Part shown: piece after piece, positions 11,179-24,968 of the stretch
Position numbering within the stretch: position 1 is the stretch's first letter
Layout: each line of letters starts with the position of its first letter
Assembly: GCF_041146345.1 (NCBI RefSeq)
Contig: NW_027191417.1
Span: forward strand, 496,001 to 560,000
Reading direction: 5' to 3'
Length of the DNA stretch: 64,000 nucleotides
Source: Neodothiora populina
Taxonomy: Eukaryota
Program-made: the position numbers and the translations under genes
Notes under the pieces: generated by a model
Seen by the model: the letters and a program-made list of their open reading frames with translations, nothing else
The model's database searches: none
What the model was told of the DNA's origin: nothing

Positions 11179-14100
11179 CCACCAACACCACCACCTCAAC
11201 CAACAGCAACAGCAGCATGTCCCCCAGCAGTATCCTGCCAAACTGACTTACCCTCGTGCCCCTCCCCCGCCCCATCCGCCGTCACTCGCCAGCCAACCCA
11301 CGCACATGTACAACAGCTACTCGACAGAAAACTCCCCGAATGCCCTGCAATCCCACTCCCTCTATGCAGGCGACGCGCAGAACTATGACGACGACCTGGA
11401 CGACCGGCTGGGCGACCAGGGCCAGGGTGATCCCAAGCGGAGGAGGATAGCGCGCGCGTGCGACATGTGCAGGAAGAAGAAGATCAAGTGTGATGGAAAG
11501 ATGCCCAAATGCTCGCACTGCGAAAACTACAGGACCGAATGCATTTTTACTCAAGTGGAGAAGAAGCGCAATCCTCCCAAAGGGTGAGGCTCTGGTTTAT
11601 GTGTTCGTATCCAAGTACGCCTGACTGACAGACAAACAGCGCCAAGTATATCGAAGGCCTGGAAAACAGACTCGGCCGCATGGAGGCTTTACTCAGACTG
11701 TCTGGATTACTCGGCGAAGACGATGCCGGCAAGACGGATCTAGGCACGCTGGAGAAGCGACTGGCCGACAAACAAGCCTCGGTCGGCACAGGCGCTGGCT
11801 CGAATTATGATTCTCCTGCCTCGCCGACAGCGCAGAGAGATCGCTCTGCTTCCGCCAATCCCACTCCACCCGTCAACGGCACTGCCTCGAGTCCGCAGAC
11901 CGCTGCCCCGACACCAGATATGTCCGCGCGCTCTTCCCTCGGTCCCAAACAGGTCGAGGCGTTGGCCGACCAAATGTGCTCATTGGTCACCAACAACTGC
12001 GGAGAAACGAGATACATAGGATCCTCTTCTGGCTTCTCCATATTCTCCCCCAAAGGCATCCAGTGGGTCAACGAGAAGACTGGCGACACTTCTTTTCACG
12101 ACATGATTTCCCAGGCTGCTGCCGACGACAAGCACTGGGCCCACTGGAAACCCGAAGTGTTTGGCGACATATTCCAACGGAAGACTTATAAGCCTCTACC
12201 GCCAAAGGCCGAAGCCCTGGCCCTCCTGAAGGACTTTTTCCAGAACTTCAATGCCATGTTCCCCCTGTTCCATGAACCGACTTTCATGCACCTTGTGGAT
12301 CGGCATTACTCTCTCGAACCGTACGAGGGATCGGGTTGGTGGGCAAGTCTGAACGTCGCTCTCGCCATCGCGCATAGATTGCGTGTCATGAGCGACGTAG
12401 ATCCCCGAGAAGAAGATTACAAGGCTTGGGGTTATCTCAAGAATGCTCTCGCCGTACAGGCCGAATTGACCCTGCGCAACAACGATCTTCTGAGTGTCCA
12501 GGCGCTATTGGGACTGGTAAGTGTCTGCCTGAATTCGGTGTCGAAGGCCGTGCACTGACATGCAGCCAGGCCATGTTCATGCAGGGTACACCGAATCCCC
12601 AACCTGGATTCTTCTTGCTCGCGGCGGCTCTCCGATTGGCCCACAGCATCGGCCTGCACAAGCGAGGGTCTGACTTCAACCTGAACGATGTCGAGACGGA
12701 ACAGCGCAAGCGAGTCTTCTGGATTGCTTATGTCATGGACAAAGACATCTGCTTGCGATCCGGACGACCGCCGATACAAGACGACGATGATATGAATGTA
12801 GATTTACCGAGTGAGGATCCTTCAGACAACATTGGTAATGTAGCACTCTCCGACGGAAAAGGCAAAATCAACCTGTTCCGACTCCAATGCGTCTTTGCCA
12901 TGATTCAATCAAAAGTCTACAAACAGCTATACTCGGTCAAAGCATCTCGGCAGTCGGACGGCGAACTCTTGAATACCATAGGCGAACTGGACCAAGAGCT
13001 CGAAGCCTGGAAAGACTCAATCCCAGTAGACTTTCGACCAGAACATGAAATCAAGGTCCAACACGCGGCACTTACTTTACATGTCGTGACGCTGCATTTC
13101 GCATATTACAATTGTCTCACCACGATACACCGTATGTCTGTGCATCACGGATACTGGACCTCAAGGCTGTCGGACTATGCCATCGCAGGGCTGAATGCAC
13201 GCCCGCTTAACCCGCGGGTCTTCATGTCGGCCGCTCTCTGTGTCAATGCAGCGAGGACGTCCATCTCGCTTGTCAAGTACATTCCAAAGGGTGATCACGC
13301 GTGTGTGTGGTATGTGACCAATTCTTCTTCTTCCGATCACCCATGTGAGACAAGCTGACGATAGCAGGTTGATTTTATACTACCCCGTCTCTGCATTAGT
13401 GACGTTGTTTGCAAACATCCTACAGAATCCGCAAGATGCCCGGGCTCGGTCAGATCTGAAGTTGATGAGCTCAGTATGTCAGTACTTACAAGAACTTTGT
13501 CAAGCGGACTCCAACATACACTGCCGACGCATGCTTTCCATTTGCTCGGAATTCGAGCGCATCGCACGAGTCGCTCTTGAAAAGGCCGAACGCGAGATGC
13601 GCGGTCGTGGCAAGAGAAAGGCACCGGAGAAGGATGCAGAAGCATCGTCTACCGTCAACAGCGAAACGTCACAGCAGCAAGCGCAGAAAGCGAGCCATCA
13701 ATCACAGTCAAATGTCACGATGCCACCTCCCCAAGCTCCCGCAGCACGCAATTCGCCGCTGTCGACATCGTACCAATTACCGAATGCCTCGGCTGATCAT
13801 TCACCGCCATCATTCCAAGCGAACAACGTGCCCAGATCATCATACGGACAGTCGATGATGAACAATCTATCGGCTTTCGCGCCCGCCTCGCCATATACAA
13901 TGCAAGGAAGCGAAGGGCCCTACAGTCAACGACAACAACAACCACACCCGTCGCCAAGCACCAACCCCCTAGGACCGTTCAGTCAGACGGCGTCGGGCAC
14001 TTTGCATTCCAATTCCTCTCCGTCCACTTCGCTATTCTCACAAGACATGCTGAGCAGCGCCGCCGACTACAGCAACGGCCATGGCGGCAACAACAATCAC

Positions 14101-14526
14101 AACAATTGGCAACCATCAACGACAGACGACTTCACCTCTTCCGCGCACACAGCAATGAGCAACAACAACAACAACAACAACAACAGTAACAACAACATGA
14201 ACGGCGCGAGTTTCCAGCAGCCTTTTGTGCCCCAAGATCTGTGGCAAATGCCAATGACTCTCGAGTGGGATTGGGCCGATGTTCTGAACATGCAATCTTC
14301 GTCCGGGGGAGTGTTTGCAGGCATGGGAGGTATAGGCGGCATGGGCGGGTTTGGATTCGACGATGTCGTAGGCGGCGGCGGCACGAGTGGTGGTGGCAGT
14401 GGTGGAGCAGGGGGAGGAGGTGGAGGAGACAGCACACTTGCCTCTGCGTCTACTGTCGCCAATTCAGTGGCAGGCACTGATATGAGTGGCACAGGTGGCG
14501 GTGGTGGGAGGAACGGGGGAGTGTAG
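11057..14526 (+). CDS. atrR: Zn(II)2Cys6 transcription factor, AtrR ortholog (regulator of ABC transporters and azole resistance)
   Basis: [87 protein letters not shown], Fungal_trans domain ([13 protein letters not shown]), C-terminal [22 protein letters not shown]. Recognised from memory as Aspergillus AtrR-like. Introns 11584-11639, 12517-12569, 13310-13367. Confidence 0.85.
11068..11216 (+). repeat. CAG/CAA trinucleotide repeat encoding polyQ/H in atrR
   Basis: Direct inspection; pure (CAA)n at about 11130-11177. Confidence 0.95.
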
Positions 14527-14630
14527 CCGTCAGTTAGAAGCAGACGAAATCAAGAATCGAAATGAAGAGCAGGCCGCGAACCCCAGAAGCCGAATCCTTT
14601 TCACTTCTTGTCTCGACTTGTCTGTTCTGT

Positions 14631-14634
<4 letters not shown>

Positions 14635-14674
<40 letters not shown>
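14635..14674. repeat. (TC)n microsatellite in the atrR 3' region
   Basis: Direct inspection. Confidence 0.95.
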
Positions 14675-14680
<6 letters not shown>

Positions 14681-15017
14681 TCGGATCGGAACATGCAGAA
14701 GCAGAAACAGAAAGACAGCGCAAGCACAAAATCTGAAAGTCCAGACAAGATGCCGGCAAGGCAGTGCGCTGCAACACCAGAGATTGACTGTTACAACAAA
14801 AAAAGACCGAAACAAAGGGTAAAACGAATAAACCCAGATAATAGCTGGATCGATTGATTTTCCTCAGTCAGTCAGGTTTGGATCTACTCACAGCCAACCA
14901 AGTCGTCTCTATACAAGCGCGGAAAGCAAGCCGTGACAATCTTGACATTAAACCCAAGAGCCGAGGAGAACTCAAGCCAAAAAAAAAAAAAAAAAAAAAA
15001 GAAGAAGGCAGAGCTCC

Positions 15018-15579
15018 TCAATCCCTCTTCCCAAAAGAGGAAGACGAAGCCGTCAGACCACCCCCAACACCATACCCATACCCTCCTAACCGTCCGCCCC
15101 CACCACCACCACCTTCCATACTCCCCAACCCGCCCAACCGATCTTTGCCATGATTTCTCAACCGTCTAGGCAATTCGACACCTCTAAACCACGCGAAACA
15201 AACCGCGGCCGCGGCGCCCGCGCTCAACGCGCAGTAGACCAACGTGCTGGCGTAGATATGGCCACCGACGCCGGTCCAGCCCGAGGGCAATTGCGTGGTG
15301 GGGTACCAGCGCACGGAAAAGCGCAGAGGCAAGGAGTCGCCGATGACGATGCGCGCCGGCGGGCCCGCTTGGGTCGCCGACGACAGCGAGGAAATCGAAT
15401 ATGCTGTTCCCGCGGCGATGACGCCCGGGTCGGTGGATTTGGGCGCGGCGTGAAGCAGCACGTTTAGGTGCGAGCCGATGTGCAGGTGGCTTAGTTGCAG
15501 CGTGCCGGTCAGCGCTATGATCAGGGGGATGTAGTCTTCTGAGCCCAGGCTGCCTTGGCCTCGGATGGGGTCTGCGGCG

Positions 15580-15671
<92 letters not shown>

Positions 15672-16310
15672 CGAGGCGGCTTTTGCGCTCGATAGAGACG
15701 AAAGGGACAAAGGGCGCGCGGGGATGCGGCACGTCAGGGGCGCGTCGTTGTGCACGTAGAACTCCAGCAGGTGGAAGAACTCGTCGGAGATGAAGTCCAG
15801 CGTGCAGTTCATGTCTTTCTCGACCCCGAAGTATAGCTCAAGCGGCCGGCCGGTTTCGTTGCATGTTGGGAAGGCTATGTATTGCAGTTGTCCGGATGCA
15901 TCTGTGATCTGTCATCGCGCAGGCTCCTTGCGTCAGTTTGGTTCGAGCTGTCGAGGTTTCGAAGAGGCGCAAGCTGCATGGCTGTGTCTAGAAGAGGGTA
16001 TTCTCACGTGTTCGCCGGTATCACTACAGTATGGATCGAAGTCAGAAAGGTGGACACTTTTATATCTTCATAGAAACAGAATAACGACATGGAATCTATT
16101 CGTGAAGCAATGAAATGATACGAAGAGAGAAGACAGAAAGACATACGATGTTCTGTTCAAGCACGACACCGGAATGGCGTCTCCCTGTTTATACCGTGGC
16201 TTCTCAAGCAAGGGTTCCTGAGCATTCGACGACGACGACACGCCCGCAACCAGCGCCACGTAAAAGGCGATCAACAGGCGCACAGCCAATGGACACCGGA
16301 TGCCGACCAT
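15018..16310 (-). CDS. Conserved-looking fungal type-I membrane protein (signal peptide, C-terminal TM, Gly-rich tail ending GKRD) with a poly-Asn insertion
   Basis: MVGIRCPLAVRLLIAFYVALVAG signal; spliced IPVSCLNRT|..DTGEH|ITDASGQLQYIAFPTCNETGRPL..CTLDFISDEFFHLLEFYVHNDAPLTCRIP; TM TLVYCALSAGAAAAVCFAWF; two introns. Confidence 0.75.
15579..15671. repeat. (TTG)n/(AAC)n microsatellite, about 31 units, encoding poly-Asn
   Basis: Direct inspection. Confidence 0.95.
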
Positions 16311-17055
16311 TATTCCCGTGGTCGTCAGCTTATTTACAAGACAACAAAAGACCACAGATGTTGGAAACCAAGCAAAGAAAAGAACAGATGCAACACCCTC
16401 TTTTTTCTTGTTGTCGACTGCAAGCTGTCGAGCTTGTTTTCCCTTTACGAGGAAATCCCAAGGTTCGAGTTACATAAAGGTACATACATACAGATACACC
16501 ACATGCACACACTTGCAGTAAGGGACAGTACCTAGGCTGCGCTACTGTACAAGTACCCAAGCTGCCAATGCGATACGGACTCGAAGTGGTCCGTGCATTT
16601 AACGGTTTGATAGCTCTCTTCCTACAGAGAAGCAGCATACGAGAGCAATAAAACCCAAGGTACACTCTATGCTCAGCAATGCCGACTTCGAATCACATCA
16701 CAAGGACACAGCAGGGATAGATAACAGTGCAAAAGTGGTATGGCCTCGTTGGCCTCGTTGGAATTTCGTGGTATAAGACCGCTATACAAAGATTACAGCA
16801 ATTACATGGCCCTCGTAAACTAGACATTTTGTTTGTGAACAAACCGCAGATGGCAAAAAACCATACAAAAGGGGTATATGACCAGAAGTGAAGAATCGAA
16901 GTGAACAAGTAAAAGGAAAGAGAAGAAGTGAATGCGACTGGTCCAGCATCTCTCGGAGATGCCATTGAGGAGTCGGGGAATAAAAGTGCAAAGGAGAAGG
17001 TGAAGAAGAAGATAAAGACCCCTTGGAAATAGGAACAATCGAAGATTAAAACGTG

Positions 17056-19137
17056 CTAAACCTCCTCGGTGAAGCGGCTGCCTCTGCTCCCCTCGAAGCT
17101 CGACATGGTCGCTGGCGTGTTGCTGCGATTGGCAGTGCCAGGCGGACTGAGTGGTCCTCTCGGCGTGTGAGGACCCTCGTCAACTGGAGAAAGTACAATA
17201 TGCGGACTCCCGGGCGTCCTGGGCGATGCGGGACCACTGACCGTGTCAGCAGTCGCGGGGTTTATAGTGTATGGTCCACCGTGATGCACCGTCGGGTGTC
17301 TCGCAGGTCCAGGCCGCGGGCTTATGGTCTCATCTCGGTCCAATGCAGCTCCGTCGGCGAAGGGACCTTGATCGCTGTAACCGCCGGCATTGCCGCCGTA
17401 ATACGACTCTCGTCCCTGTCCGAAAGCTGCAGGCATGAGCGGTGGCGGCGAACGCACGCTCTCCATGCCCTCGGAAAAGGCACTCGGAAGCTTGCGACCA
17501 CTGACGCGCTGAAAGCCACGTTCGCCCGTCGCAGCAGGTGTCGTCTCGACCTCGCGTCTGCTCCTGAAGCGCCCTCCACCCAACAATGGCGCCAACACGG
17601 GAACAAGACCTGCCCTCTCTGCCATTCCAGGGGCGCCGCCGCTTGGACCGCCACCACTGGTCGGGCCGTCGAAGTGGTGTGTCGCTTCTCCCCCTGCGAT
17701 TGCCTGCCTGCTGGCCACGCGCTTCCTGTACCAGCGCAGATACACCATCACAACGAGCAGCAAAACCGCCAGACCAGCGACACCACCGACGATGCCACCA
17801 GCTAACACCGAGGTGGGAGGTGTGTTGTCGTCATTGTTGCTACCTGCACCAGATAGTGACGCCGACGACGACGACGACGACGACGAGGCAGATGCAGGTG
17901 CAGTACCGGTCGCCGAACCCGCGGACAGAGCAGATTCTCCCGAGGTCGAAGCGTCGGATGTGGAGCTGGCAGATGGTGAACTCGAAGCCGTCGCGGAGAC
18001 AGATGACGAGTCGTCATCGCTCGAGGAAGACGATGTCGCAGATGAAAGAGTGGACGCTGGCTCGAATGTGCCAAAGGAGGTGGTGTATTGGCCACGTGAG
18101 ACCGTCGTGACCAACTCCTGTCGCGTCAATGCGATGGTCGCAACGACTCCATTTGTCAAAGTGGTGACCATAGTAGAAGAAGCAGTATAGCGGCCGAGCT
18201 CGGAGAAAGAGAGTGAGGTGGTAACGCTCGACGCGGCGGAAGAAGCCTGATTGAAGGTTGAGAATGAGGTGTAGGTCGTTGAAGACCCAGAAACAATGAA
18301 TGCTGCAGTCATAGTATTAGAGGCAGAGGATCCAATTGCTTTCAAAGAGAACTTACCAGATGTTGTGAGATTAGAAGCTATAGATGATGAAGACGATGAA
18401 CCAGAGAGTGTAGGTCGGCCAAGAATCGAGGACGAATTGGCTGCAGCCTGAGTAGCAGACGGAGATGTCGCCACTGTCGGACCGCTGCTGTTCAGTGATG
18501 AGAGGCTCGAGGTCACAGAGGTGATGGTTCCATTCAAACTCGACGAGAGGGAGTTTGACGACGGCTGCGCGGAGGCCGGAGCGGCAGCGGCGGTGGCGTC
18601 TGACGACAGAGAAGTCACGGGCGCTGTGCCTGTGCTGGTGGAATCTGACAATGCCGACGTCGCATCGGAGGTGGACAAGTCGGAAGAAGTGTTGCCAGCC
18701 GCTGTAAGGGTCACGACAGACGAGGACGCAGCAGTGCCAACGAGCGAGGAGGTAGTGGATGGAGGCAATGATGGTGTGAGCGATGGTGCCGTCTGAGGGG
18801 TAGTCGACGAGGCGGCGGGATCGGCAGATTGCGAGAGTGTCACGCTCGCGCCTACTGAGAGGACATTCGAGGCGGAGCTGGATGAAGCAGAGGCGGTAGG
18901 ATCTGGAAAAGAAGAAGACGACGAATAGTCTACCAGACCCGTACCAAGGGGAGTCTGGCGCCGAAGGTATTGGCGACCTTTGCGATCGGGGATGTGGTTC
19001 TTGCCGTGGAGGTGGCCTTCATTGTTGCGCTGGGCCAGTAGCGCATCATGCAAGATTTCTTCCAGGCCGTGAGAGCGAGATGAGTGGTCATCTTGAGGGA
19101 TGGGCGAGAGTTTCCGGCGCTTGGACGGGGCCTCCAT
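17056..19137 (-). CDS. Ser/Thr-rich single-pass membrane protein (Mid2/Wsc-like architecture)
   Basis: 693-aa ORF with a long S/T/A-rich region, TM VLAGGIVGGVAGLAVLLLVVMVYL followed by RWYRKR, and a cytoplasmic tail ERGFQRVSGRKLPSAFS...GSRFTEEV. Confidence 0.8.
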   Translation of the reverse strand: MEAPSKRRKLSPIPQDDHSSRSHGLEEILHDALLAQRNNEGHLHGKNHIPDRKGRQYLRRQTPLGTGLVDYSSSSSFPDPTASASSSSASNVLSVGASVTLSQSADPAASSTTPQTAPSLTPSLPPSTTSSLVGTAASSSVVTLTAAGNTSSDLSTSDATSALSDSTSTGTAPVTSLSSDATAAAAPASAQPSSNSLSSSLNGTITSVTSSLSSLNSSGPTVATSPSATQAAANSSSILGRPTLSGSSSSSSIASNLTTSGKFSLKAIGSSASNTMTAAFIVSGSSTTYTSFSTFNQASSAASSVTTSLSFSELGRYTASSTMVTTLTNGVVATIALTRQELVTTVSRGQYTTSFGTFEPASTLSSATSSSSSDDDSSSVSATASSSPSASSTSDASTSGESALSAGSATGTAPASASSSSSSSSASLSGAGSNNDDNTPPTSVLAGGIVGGVAGLAVLLLVVMVYLRWYRKRVASRQAIAGGEATHHFDGPTSGGGPSGGAPGMAERAGLVPVLAPLLGGGRFRSRREVETTPAATGERGFQRVSGRKLPSAFSEGMESVRSPPPLMPAAFGQGRESYYGGNAGGYSDQGPFADGAALDRDETISPRPGPARHPTVHHGGPYTINPATADTVSGPASPRTPGSPHIVLSPVDEGPHTPRGPLSPPGTANRSNTPATMSSFEGSRGSRFTEEV

Positions 19138-22100
19138 GATAGGCCTGGCCGTGTATGCTCAGTTCTTTTTGGTTATCGCCGGATCTGTGGATGAAGATGA
19201 TGGTGACGATGATAATGCTGCTGTTGCTGATGTTGGAGGTGACGATACTATCGCGACGAGTGACGCTGCATATACTGAAATATGGATGTCGAGACTGATG
19301 TCGGATCAAATGAACGGACGCTGGTGATGAGACCAGCCGGGAGAACGATTCAGTAAAGCGAGTGTCGACACGGAGTACACAATTTTGCCCGGCTAGACAC
19401 TAGGTAGACATCAACGGCGCGATGGTCAATCTACGATGATGGTATGCGTCAAGCACGAAGAGGAAGCGCCGAGCGGTCGATGATGTTCCGCGAAAGTGAA
19501 GACGGACGTCTAGAGGCCAGCAGTCGAGAGGCAGTGGTAAAGGAGTGCAGTTGTCAAAAAAAAGAAAAAAGGTCAATGAATGTGACGTGGTGGTATTAGT
19601 CAATGCCTGCAATTGACTGTGATCGCCCTGTTCTCCTGCAGCTTTTCCCTACTCTTCCTGACTTTTTTTTTCTCGTCTTTGGGCTTTCTCTGCTGTCTCT
19701 GCTGCTCACTAATAAGCAAATGCGATGCAGATGGCGATGATACTGTTGATGAATTTGTTGTTGTTTTGCCAACAGCGAGGATGATGGTCGCTTTGCAAGG
19801 CAGACGAAACACAGCAGCTCAGATGCAAAAGGCAAGGTAGCGACAAGTGTAAGGTAGACAGAACCACGGAGCGGCGGGTCGTGACGGAGTGCAGCGAATG
19901 GAGTCGATTCAGTGTCGTTTGGAGCGAGACGTCTCTTCTCCCCGGGCCATAATCAGACTCTGTTAAGAGGTCTGTGTGTTGGGAAGGAAGGGAAAGGGTA
20001 CGGTAGGAGAGAAAAAGAGACTTTGGGGGAGAGAGTGTGATGGAATGGATTGGATTGGATGGGATCACAGATGGAGCATGTGCATGCACCGACGGAACAA
20101 TGACCAGTGAGTTAGGAATACCCTATTAGCCCAGCGACACAAAGCGAGAAAAACCAAAACTCCAGAGGCTAAAGAGAGCTACTTGCTAAGGTAGTCCAAG
20201 GTAAGGTACCTACCTTAGGCTGCAGATTGGAAGCTGTGGACCACAGAGAAGACACGCAGAAGCCAAGCAAATGTCCTAGTTCGATGCTGCAGACACACAC
20301 TATCACACAGACAAAGATATCGTACAGTACCTTACAACAACACAGTGAAAAGGGCCTCCGTCACTCTCTTCTGCTACACTACTACGGAGCCTGCGGGAGC
20401 CGTTCCAAAGTCTAAAAGCCGCGTTGTTGTTCCAAGGTTGCTGTGGCACGCACAAGTGCCTGCGATGCTGCTTAATTTGGCACCATCAAATTTCATACAC
20501 CTTGGTAGCGTCTACAGTACCCTGCTACCCGTGCTGTACAAGCTTCATCGATGCTCGTGCTCCACCGTCGCTCGTCCGATCAGTGTGTAGAAGCACTATG
20601 ACCTTGACAGCATTTAATTTACTCATCAACCACATCATGTTATGATCGTAATTACTCTCCTCTGACCCGTCCACTCGTGGATCGCTTCAGAGATGAATCC
20701 ACCTATCTGTGTCGAGGGATTGTACACCACCTTGCTGTAATCGAAGACAAGAAACAAGGATGGCCGAAAGCCATGCTCGCTTAGGCCCACCGACTCTCCA
20801 TCGAAACCTCCTCATGATCTTGTGCTTCCGGAGAATGCCTTCTCCACTACGGGTTAGTCTTCTGCCCCAAACCCTGCAGGTACACGGCCAGCGCCTTCTC
20901 ACCCGTACTTGTACGTGCCTGACCCATTTTACCGTCCCACGGCGCACCAGCAGCAGCAGCAGCAGCAGCGCCAGCTCAACCCTGTCGACATGATCTTTGC
21001 CAGTAGTCCTTGCTGCCATACCACCTTCTTGCGCCCCCCTCAATATATAATTTACAGTGCTCCGTACATACAGCAAATCACCCCACCTGCACAGGGTCCG
21101 GACATGCCTTCGCCGTACTACTGTACTTGACTAAAGAAAGCTGCGGGAATCCACACATGTCTCAGCCTTTCACGCACCGCCAGCGTGCTTTTAATAGCCA
21201 TACCACTCGTACAAGCATAGTGCTGCGCTCTGGCTATATGCTCGTTCGATTTTCTCTCTTGTGAGATCTCGTGTGGTACGTCAGCCATTCGCCATGGCTG
21301 CGGCCTGGGAAATTGGCAAGATACACACCCTTGACAGCTCTCGCAACTATTGTCGAGTAAGGCAGAGCCAGATATCACAGGACGATGGCAGCCTCGCATC
21401 GAAGATTCATATTGATTGGTGCACAGATGCCTGACCCATACTGACCCATACTGAGCCGTTGGCTGAACCACGCCAAGACGGCTAGTTGTGCTTCATAAAA
21501 CGTCCCTGAAGTCAATAAACTCTATCGTGGCATCCTACCTTGGACTGTACCGTGGCACTGCACACCGTGACAGCATGGCTGCTTGTTCTTTTCGTTCTGC
21601 ACAGATCGTCGAGAAGTCGGGTTGGAGCTTCCATGGCCCTACTGTAATTGCGACGACACGAGATGCGCGCGAGCTTCAGGTACGCCCGTCGGTCGGACGG
21701 TCGGTCGACAGGTCGGATGGTCGGCCTTGTCCAAAATATATGACTATACAAGTACCCATTTCATAGACTTGCGTCCCCGCACAGCCGGCAATACATTTCG
21801 CAGCTCGACGCAAGCTCGTGCTCGGACAACGTGCACTGTACAGCAGTAGTACTGTAGAGTAAGGTAAGGTAAGTGGGCGCTTGACAAGTGCAAACCTGTG
21901 GAAGCAAGGTAACGTCACTATCACCTGCATAAGCGACTGAGCGGGTGGGCGGGGTGGCATTCTATTCACGAATCATGAGCGATGCCGTGTGTGATCTGTA
22001 TGTAGTCAACGCGTACTGCATCTGCATGGTGGGCAGTTCTGTGTAGTTGGTAGTATAGAACCAGAATGCACACGACATGTCATGCTGCATGCTCATACTA

Positions 22101-22443
22101 CAGTATGCTACGTGCTGGCTGACCTGATCTGCAACATGACGAGCCCGACTGTATGTACCTACACTCCACCACGCGAGCTTGCGAGTCTGTTGCTGCTCTT
22201 GCTGCACATCTCGCTGCTAGTTGCTTTCCTTACTGCTGCTAGCTGCCTTCTCTACCCCACTGTGCAGGTCATCACTCAACTATACCTTAATTGTACCCTA
22301 AATGCACAACCAACCAGAAGCATATCTTCCTCAAGCCTGAGATCTCTAGACATGTCGTTGTCTCGAGTCTGACTGTTTCCAATACATCGTGGAGCAATTT
22401 ATTGACACGAACTCTGGCATTCCTTCTCCGTCAGGCATGAAAC

Positions 22444-24968
22444 ATGTCTGAGAAACACAACTTCACACCGGATCGGTCGCGTCCCCCGCCGCTTCCGCCG
22501 CGAGCTCCATCACATAGCCAGAATGCTGAGAATATCCAAACCTCTTCCACTCCGCCGGAATCTGAAGATGCACCGCCCTCGTATGACTCTATATTTACCC
22601 GTGAGCCGAGTGATGTGCGTCCTCCCTTGGGTGCAGCTGATCCGAGGACCTCGTCGACGCAGTCGCTCAAGCCCGTTCGCTTGAGTGGGGAGCAGTCGGA
22701 CAAGAGAAGGCTGCTTCTGATATACATCCATGGCTTCATGGGAAACGAGACCAGCTTCCAGAGCTTTCCCGCCCACGTGCATCATCTTGCTGCCGCCCTG
22801 CTTGCCGAATCGCATACCGTCCACACCAAAGTCTATCCACGCTATAGGTCCAAGAAGAACATCACGTTTGCCCGTGATGACTTCAGCGGATGGTAAGCGT
22901 ACATCCCACTTGCATCCTGTCACTTCCCTCACTCTTTTGTTGTGCCCTGACCTCTCTATCAAGGCTTGCTCCGCACGAGTCATCTCTCACCGATGTAATC
23001 CTGCTCGGTCACAGTATGGGCGGCCTGGTGTCTGCCGAAGTTGCCCTGTCACAGGTCGACCCTTCGAGTCCATTGCGCCATCGCATACTCGGAACCATCA
23101 ACTTTGACGTTCCTTTCCTGGGCATGCATCCTAGCGTGATCAAGAGTGGCCTCGCAAGCATCTTCAGTCCAGCCCCAGGATCCCCCGCTGCATCTCCCAC
23201 CCCAACCCCCGCCGCTTCTTTCTCAGATAGTGGGAATGCTTCGACAGCAGGCCACTCTTCAGAGCCGCCTGCGCTTCCGCCGAGGCGTCCTGATACACTG
23301 TTCAACCCTCAACAGGCTGCTGATCCAAACTACAATCCCCATTTCGACAATGATGTAGCATTGCCTGTGAGAACGGGCTGGCGAAGTGCATGGCACTTTG
23401 TCAATAAGCACAGTGATGATCTTTTGGGTGCTACTAAGCAGTTGGTCAAGTCGCACATGGAGTTTGGCGGCGCAATGGCAGACTACTCCGGCCTCAAGAA
23501 CAGATACTGTCGCATCAGAGCCCTTGAAGAAGCGAGCATAGAAGTCAGATCTTCCGTCATGTCTGGATCCTGGGGACCGCCCAGAGTCCGCTTCGTCAAT
23601 TACTATACTAGTAGCACTGGTAGGCCTAAGAAGCCCAAGACTCCTGCGGCCACTCCTGGCCTGGGCGATGCGGGCGCGTTGCAGAACCTCGAATCAGCGT
23701 CTAGCCTTTCACTAGTTCAGACACAAGATTCTGCTTCCGCGCCGACAAAGGCTGCCACGCCTCCGGAGGAGGACACTGTACCATCCGAGCCCAAGAGCCA
23801 GAGTCCGTTGATAATGGTGGACAAAGTTGAAGACGACATCGGAGATCCTTCTCATTATGATTTGGAAGAATCCAACGACGCCTTGGGTGGATCTTTGAGC
23901 ATGATGGAACCACTTCCAATGTCAGATTACGATGAAGATGAGTCGGAAGAAGAATCGTGGGCCGATGCGGTGGAAGATGTGCACATCTCTAATGACAATC
24001 CTGTGTCTCTCGAGGAGACTGCCGACACTCATACCGCCTCAGCAAAACCAACCGAGCCGGCAGAGTCCAGCGCACCCAGTAGCAACCCCTTGGAGGAATC
24101 GACGAGTGTCATAACGACCACCTCGTCTCTGACCTCGGATCCAAGTCTTTCTTTGTCCATAACAGCTTCTACACTTCCACCCATCCCAGATGCTCCGCCT
24201 AGACCCGCAGAGCCCGACTTCTCCGCCTACGTTGACAAAGCCACCAGGAAATTAGCCGAGAAGGACTACGCCCGCACCCTGAAGACGTGGGAACGCGCTG
24301 TAAAAGACCGCGAGCGCGCCATCCGCGACCGCGAAAAGCTCGAAGAGAAGCGCCAACGCCAAGCCATCAAAGACGGCAAGCGGGCAGAGCGAGAGTCAGA
24401 CAAAGAAGCCAAACGACTAGAGAAAGAAGCGGAGAGAATGGAAAAAGAAGCCGAGCGAGTAGCTCGACTACAGGACAAACAACAGCACGACTCGCACGAA
24501 AGCGTCTTCGAGATCCAAAGACGAGAAACAGAAAAGGAGTGGAAAGAAGCGCTGAACATGAAATGGAACGACGAAGACGGCACAGTGACGCCCATGGACT
24601 CGTCATCTATGTCTCGAACCAACACCATGACCACCACAACAACAAATGAAGGCCCAACCCCTTCCCTCTCCTCCATCCAAAAATCCCTCGCCGCTCAGGA
24701 AAAAGCAAACGCAAAAGCCAACCTGCCTCCGAGAGAACACACCTTCTGTTCACTTCCCCCGAAGGATGCATCAGGCAACCGCGACCCGACATGGATCAAA
24801 GTCTTCATGCCGGACGTCGACGAGGTCGGCGCTCACTGCGGCTTATTCTTCGAGACCAGTCCTGCCTATGAGCAGTTGGTCGGAGAAGTGGGCGAGAAGA
24901 TCGCTGAGTGGGTTGGTGTGGCGGAAGGTGAGAGGGTTGCTGGGGAGCTTGAGGAGGGGGTTGATTAG
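22444..24968 (+). CDS. DUF676-like alpha/beta hydrolase (putative lipase/serine esterase)
   Basis: LLIYIHGFMGNETSF, nucleophile elbow GHSMGG, INFDVPFLG, VDEVGAHCGLF; intron 22893-22963. Confidence 0.85.

Noticed and set aside
20687..21130. Short ORFs around a (CAG)n tract
   Set aside because: No splice or start support and no domain; probably promoter microsatellite
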